DNA of 32,000 nucleotides, from assembly GCF_000621645.1 (NCBI RefSeq), contig NZ_JHXR01000003.1:30001-62000 (forward strand), read 5' to 3'. This DNA is from Vibrio cholerae ATCC 14035 (GTDB lineage Bacteria; Pseudomonadota; Gammaproteobacteria; Enterobacterales; Vibrionaceae). The notes under the pieces are model-generated. The model was not told where the DNA came from. It was given only the letters and a program-made list of their open reading frames with translations, and did no database searches. Below, one piece after another: positions 28,674 to 32,000 of the stretch (position 1 is its first letter; each line of letters begins with the position of its first letter). A program made the position numbers and the translations under genes.

Positions 28674-28840
28674 AGTCAAAGATCACAAATAGCGTGATGA
28701 ATAAGAGAATTAGCGATAACAAACTGATGGGTTTTGTTTCATTTTTGATATTATCGGCTTTCATACGAGGCTCGAAATAATAGGTTGCGGATCTTTTGCA
28801 TCCTCACTCAGTGGCAATCAAAAAGAATGGAGAACTGACA

Positions 28841-30097
28841 ATGGCAACGATGTCGTTTAAGCCGTGGGAGCGGGTAATTACAGATGTTCGTCTCGTCCCG
28901 AAAATGGTGATGCTGATGGTATTCAGCACGGTGTTGATCATTGGCAAGCAGCTTTGGGACGCAGATATCTTTTACCAATCTTTATTGGCGGCTACCAACA
29001 GTGTGGAAGTCGCACAGCAGCACTACGATAACTATCTGGTGCAAGTGTTCTGGCAAACCTTGTTACTGATTGTGGTGTTTGTGGTGCTGTTGCTGTTTGC
29101 CGCGCGCGTCATGCTGCGACAAACTCATTATCTGAGTGATGTGATCAAGCTGATGGCGCAGCGTAACCTCTCAGAGCCGATCAAAATGGATTGTAAAGAT
29201 GAGTATGGGGATGTCGCGCGCGAGTTGGAGAAAACCCGCCGCCAGCTACAAGACCTGATCAAGTTGCAAATTGATGCCTCGCAAGAGCTGACCTCGCTCA
29301 CTGAAGTGATGACCATGAGCATGTCGGAGACCAAAGATTCAGCGCAAGAAGAGTTCAACGAAATTGACCAATTGGCCAAAGCGATGAGTGAAATGTCGTC
29401 AACGGTTCAAACGGTCGCGGAACATGCGCAGAACGCCTCTTCCTTAACCGAAAATGCGTCTCAGCAGGCTCAAACCGGTCAGCAGTTTGTCAAAAGCACC
29501 ATCAGTAAAATGAGTGAGCTTTCGAAAGACATCAGCTCTTCTGCGCAAGCCGTCAATCAGGTGGAAGAGCGAGTGGTGGCGATCAGCAGCGTGGTGGGCA
29601 CGATTCGCAGCATTTCAGAGCAAACCAATTTGCTGGCACTGAACGCGGCGATTGAAGCGGCGCGAGCAGGAGAAGCCGGGCGCGGTTTTGCTGTGGTTGC
29701 CGATGAAGTACGAAATTTGGCACAGCGTACCCAAAATGCGACCGTTGAAATCCAAGAGATGATTTCACAGCTGCAAACTAGTGCCAATAGCGCTGTGAAT
29801 TTAATGGAAAAAAGTGTGGTGCAAGCGGCGGATGGGGTAGAGCTCATCACCAACGCTGGTAGCGAGTTGGATGGCATCGTTAATCAGGTTCAATTGCTCA
29901 ATGACATGAACTTCCAAATTGCCGCGGCAGCAGGCCAGCAAAGCAATGTGGCCGAAGAGATGAACGAAAACCTCAACAATGTGCGTGAGTTGGTGGAAGG
30001 TTCGGTCACTGTGATGACTGAGCTGCTCGAAACTTCAGAAATCATGCAAAGTAACGCGGAAGAGCTGGATAGAAAAATTACCGCATTTCGCGTGTAG
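28841..30097 (+). CDS. Methyl-accepting chemotaxis protein with a minimal (~34 aa) periplasmic loop
   Basis: I prefer the ATG at 28841 (GGAGAA SD 6 nt upstream) over the track's TTG at 28796. Two TM segments, a HAMP domain and the highly conserved MCP signalling hairpin ([40 protein letters not shown]). Confidence 0.9.
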   Translation: MATMSFKPWERVITDVRLVPKMVMLMVFSTVLIIGKQLWDADIFYQSLLAATNSVEVAQQHYDNYLVQVFWQTLLLIVVFVVLLLFAARVMLRQTHYLSDVIKLMAQRNLSEPIKMDCKDEYGDVARELEKTRRQLQDLIKLQIDASQELTSLTEVMTMSMSETKDSAQEEFNEIDQLAKAMSEMSSTVQTVAEHAQNASSLTENASQQAQTGQQFVKSTISKMSELSKDISSSAQAVNQVEERVVAISSVVGTIRSISEQTNLLALNAAIEAARAGEAGRGFAVVADEVRNLAQRTQNATVEIQEMISQLQTSANSAVNLMEKSVVQAADGVELITNAGSELDGIVNQVQLLNDMNFQIAAAAGQQSNVAEEMNENLNNVRELVEGSVTVMTELLETSEIMQSNAEELDRKITAFRV

Positions 30098-30138
30098 GCT
30101 GAGCTATTCAGCAAAACCGCAAAAAATTATTCACCAAC

Positions 30139-30169
30139 CGCCCACAACTGCTCTGTGGGCGTTTTTTTT
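30139..30169 (+). terminator. Strong intrinsic terminator after the MCP gene
   Basis: CGCCCACA (30139-30146), a 7-nt loop, TGTGGGCG (30154-30161), then T8. Confidence 0.8.
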
Positions 30170-30220
30170 CCGCCAGAGTTTGCGATATAACTAGTGAACA
30201 TTCAAAGACAAGGAAGCATC

Positions 30221-32000
30221 ATGTCACTGCCCAGCGCGCTTTTGCCGACCGCCGAATTGCATTATCAATCACTGATTTCTGAACATCCACACATCGCCAA
30301 TTGGCCTTCATCTGTACTGAATCAATTGCGCTATGTGCTCGGTTTAAGCCAGTTTGTAGCCCAAACCTTGCAGCGCGATGACCCATTGTGTCAGGTGCTC
30401 CCCTCGTTATTAGCCGAGCCAAGCCGTGAGCAAGATTATCGCAGTGAATTAGCGCAGTGGCTGGCCGAGTGTCAGGATGAAGCGGTCGCGCAGAAGCGTT
30501 TACGCCAGTTTCGTAACCAAGAGATGGTGTATATCGCATGGCGGGATTTTTGTGCGAGCTGGACATTAGAAGAGAGCCTTTCTCACCTTTCCCAACTGGC
30601 GGAAGCGCTGATCTTTGAAAGCTATCAATGGCTCTATCAGCGCTGCTGTCTTGAAATGGGCACGCCTTGTAATGCGCAAGGCGAAGCGCAGCCCATGCTG
30701 ATCATCGGAATGGGCAAACTCGGTGGCGGTGAGCTCAACTTCTCCTCCGATATCGATCTGATTTTCACTTATCCTGAAAATGGCGAGACGCAAGGCGCGC
30801 GCCGCTCGATTGCCAATGCGCAATTTTTCACACGCTTAGGTCAGCGCTTGATCAAGCTACTGGATCAATCCACACCGGATGGTTTTTGTTACCGAGTCGA
30901 TATGCGCTTGCGCCCGTTTGGTGACAGCGGCCCACTCGCGATGAGCTATGCCGCATTAGAGGATTACTACCAAGAGCAGGGGCGTGACTGGGAACGCTAC
31001 GCGATGATCAAAGCGCGAGTGATGGGGCGGGAAATGTACCCGCAATACCAAGAGCTGCGCCAGATGCTGCGCCCGTTTGTGTTTCGCCGCTACATTGACT
31101 TCAGCGCCATTCAATCCCTACGCCGAATGAAATCCATGATCAGCAGTGAAGTGCGCCGCCGTGGTTTGAGTAACAACATCAAGCTCGGTGCGGGCGGCAT
31201 TCGTGAAGTGGAATTTATTGCGCAAGTGTTCCAATTGATCCGCGGTGGCCGCGAGCCAAGCTTGCGCAAACGCGGCTTGCTAGAAACCTTGGATGCGATT
31301 GCGGAGCTTGAACTGCTAACGCGCGAACAAGTGCAAGATTTACGTGATGCTTACCGCTTTTTGCGCCGCTTAGAAAACTTGCTGCAAGCGATGGCCGATA
31401 AGCAAACTCAAACGTTACCGGATAAAGAAGACGATCAACTGCGCCTTTCGATCGCAATCGGATTGGCCGACTGGCCAAGTTTACAGCGTGAGGTGAGCGA
31501 GCACATGCAGCGCGTGCATCGCGTGTTTGCCACCTTGATTGGCGAAGAAGACGAAGAAGAGGAACACACGGTAGCTCGTCATTTCCATGAGCTGTGGGAT
31601 ATGGCGCATAAACCGGAAGTGATTGAACACATCATTGAGCAAGATCTTGGGTTGAGCGACGCAGGTGAGCAAATTCGCACCATCACTCAATTTAAAGATG
31701 ATCTGGCTAAACGCACCATTGGTCCGCGTGGGCGCGAGGTGCTTAACCGGTTAATGCCGAAAGTGTATCAGGCCGTGTTTGCTCATCCCGATGCAGAATT
31801 TGGTTTGTCGCGCGTATTGGCATTGCTGCACAGTATCGCCACACGCACCACTTACCTTGAACTGCTCGATGAGCATCCCGCTGCTTTGGTGCAATTGGTG
31901 CGCTTGTGTACCGCTAGCCCAATGATTTCCGAGCAGCTCGCGCGTTATCCTATCTTGCTTGATGAGCTGATTGATCCACAGCATCTGTATAACCCAATTC
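30221..32000 (+). CDS. glnE: Glutamine synthetase adenylyltransferase/adenylyl-removing enzyme GlnE, N-terminal ~593 aa; 3' end lies outside the window
   Basis: Not in the ORF track because it has no stop in the window. ATG at 30221 with AAGGAA SD. My partial translation from there (to about nt 31050) shows no stop, and the track lists no plus-strand ORF starting beyond 30221. It gives [19 protein letters not shown]..., [28 protein letters not shown] and [16 protein letters not shown], which are nucleotidyltransferase hallmarks of GlnE. Confidence 0.93.
   Translation, partial: MSLPSALLPTAELHYQSLISEHPHIANWPSSVLNQLRYVLGLSQFVAQTLQRDDPLCQVLPSLLAEPSREQDYRSELAQWLAECQDEAVAQKRLRQFRNQEMVYIAWRDFCASWTLEESLSHLSQLAEALIFESYQWLYQRCCLEMGTPCNAQGEAQPMLIIGMGKLGGGELNFSSDIDLIFTYPENGETQGARRSIANAQFFTRLGQRLIKLLDQSTPDGFCYRVDMRLRPFGDSGPLAMSYAALEDYYQEQGRDWERYAMIKARVMGREMYPQYQELRQMLRPFVFRRYIDFSAIQSLRRMKSMISSEVRRRGLSNNIKLGAGGIREVEFIAQVFQLIRGGREPSLRKRGLLETLDAIAELELLTREQVQDLRDAYRFLRRLENLLQAMADKQTQTLPDKEDDQLRLSIAIGLADWPSLQREVSEHMQRVHRVFATLIGEEDEEEEHTVARHFHELWDMAHKPEVIEHIIEQDLGLSDAGEQIRTITQFKDDLAKRTIGPRGREVLNRLMPKVYQAVFAHPDAEFGLSRVLALLHSIATRTTYLELLDEHPAALVQLVRLCTASPMISEQLARYPILLDELIDPQHLYNPI

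Noticed and set aside
28712-28719. Second sigma-28-like -10 box AGCGATAA closer to the MCP gene
   Set aside because: It matches the consensus at 7/8 but has no TAAA-like -35 at N15 (the sequence there is CGTG). I kept only the exact upstream box as a candidate.

Overview
The window looks like core chromosome from a Vibrio-type gammaproteobacterium. Gene order and protein sequences resemble the Vibrio cholerae chromosome 1 lepA-to-glnE region; that species call is from memory, not a search. I support 26 protein-coding genes, two of them cut by the window edges: lepA at the 5' end, and glnE at the 3' end (glnE is absent from the ORF track because it has no stop in the window). Three blocks are syntenic with E. 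coli: (1) lepA-lepB-rnc-era-recO-pdxJ-acpS; (2) barA(varS)-rlmD-relA-mazG-pyrG-eno; (3) cca-ygiM-ygiF-glnE. Block 3 is interrupted three times, by gspA-gspB, by a DUF47(PhoU-like)+Pit phosphate transporter pair, and by a chemoreceptor gene. I saw no rRNA, tRNA, CRISPR array, IS or transposase, integrase or phage genes. Most ORF-track entries antisense to these genes are spurious. The best candidate for an undescribed system is a tight three-gene operon at 6169-9166, sitting at the junction between blocks 1 and 2. It encodes a porin-like outer-membrane beta-barrel, a small exported periplasmic protein, and a TM-periplasmic domain-TM-HAMP-GGDEF diguanylate cyclase. This resembles a YfiBNR-style envelope-to-c-di-GMP module built from different parts. 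Its 3' end overlaps the convergent varS/barA sensor kinase gene by 13 nt. Other notable points are an ERIC-like 128-bp palindromic repeat with an exact sigma-28 -10 box in the long leader of the chemoreceptor gene, a CRP-like site at the pyrG promoter, and a divergent Pit/DUF47 versus CYTH-CHAD (ygiF) arrangement with a perfect 15-bp palindrome. Function calls rest on motif recognition and remembered homologues; no database search was possible.
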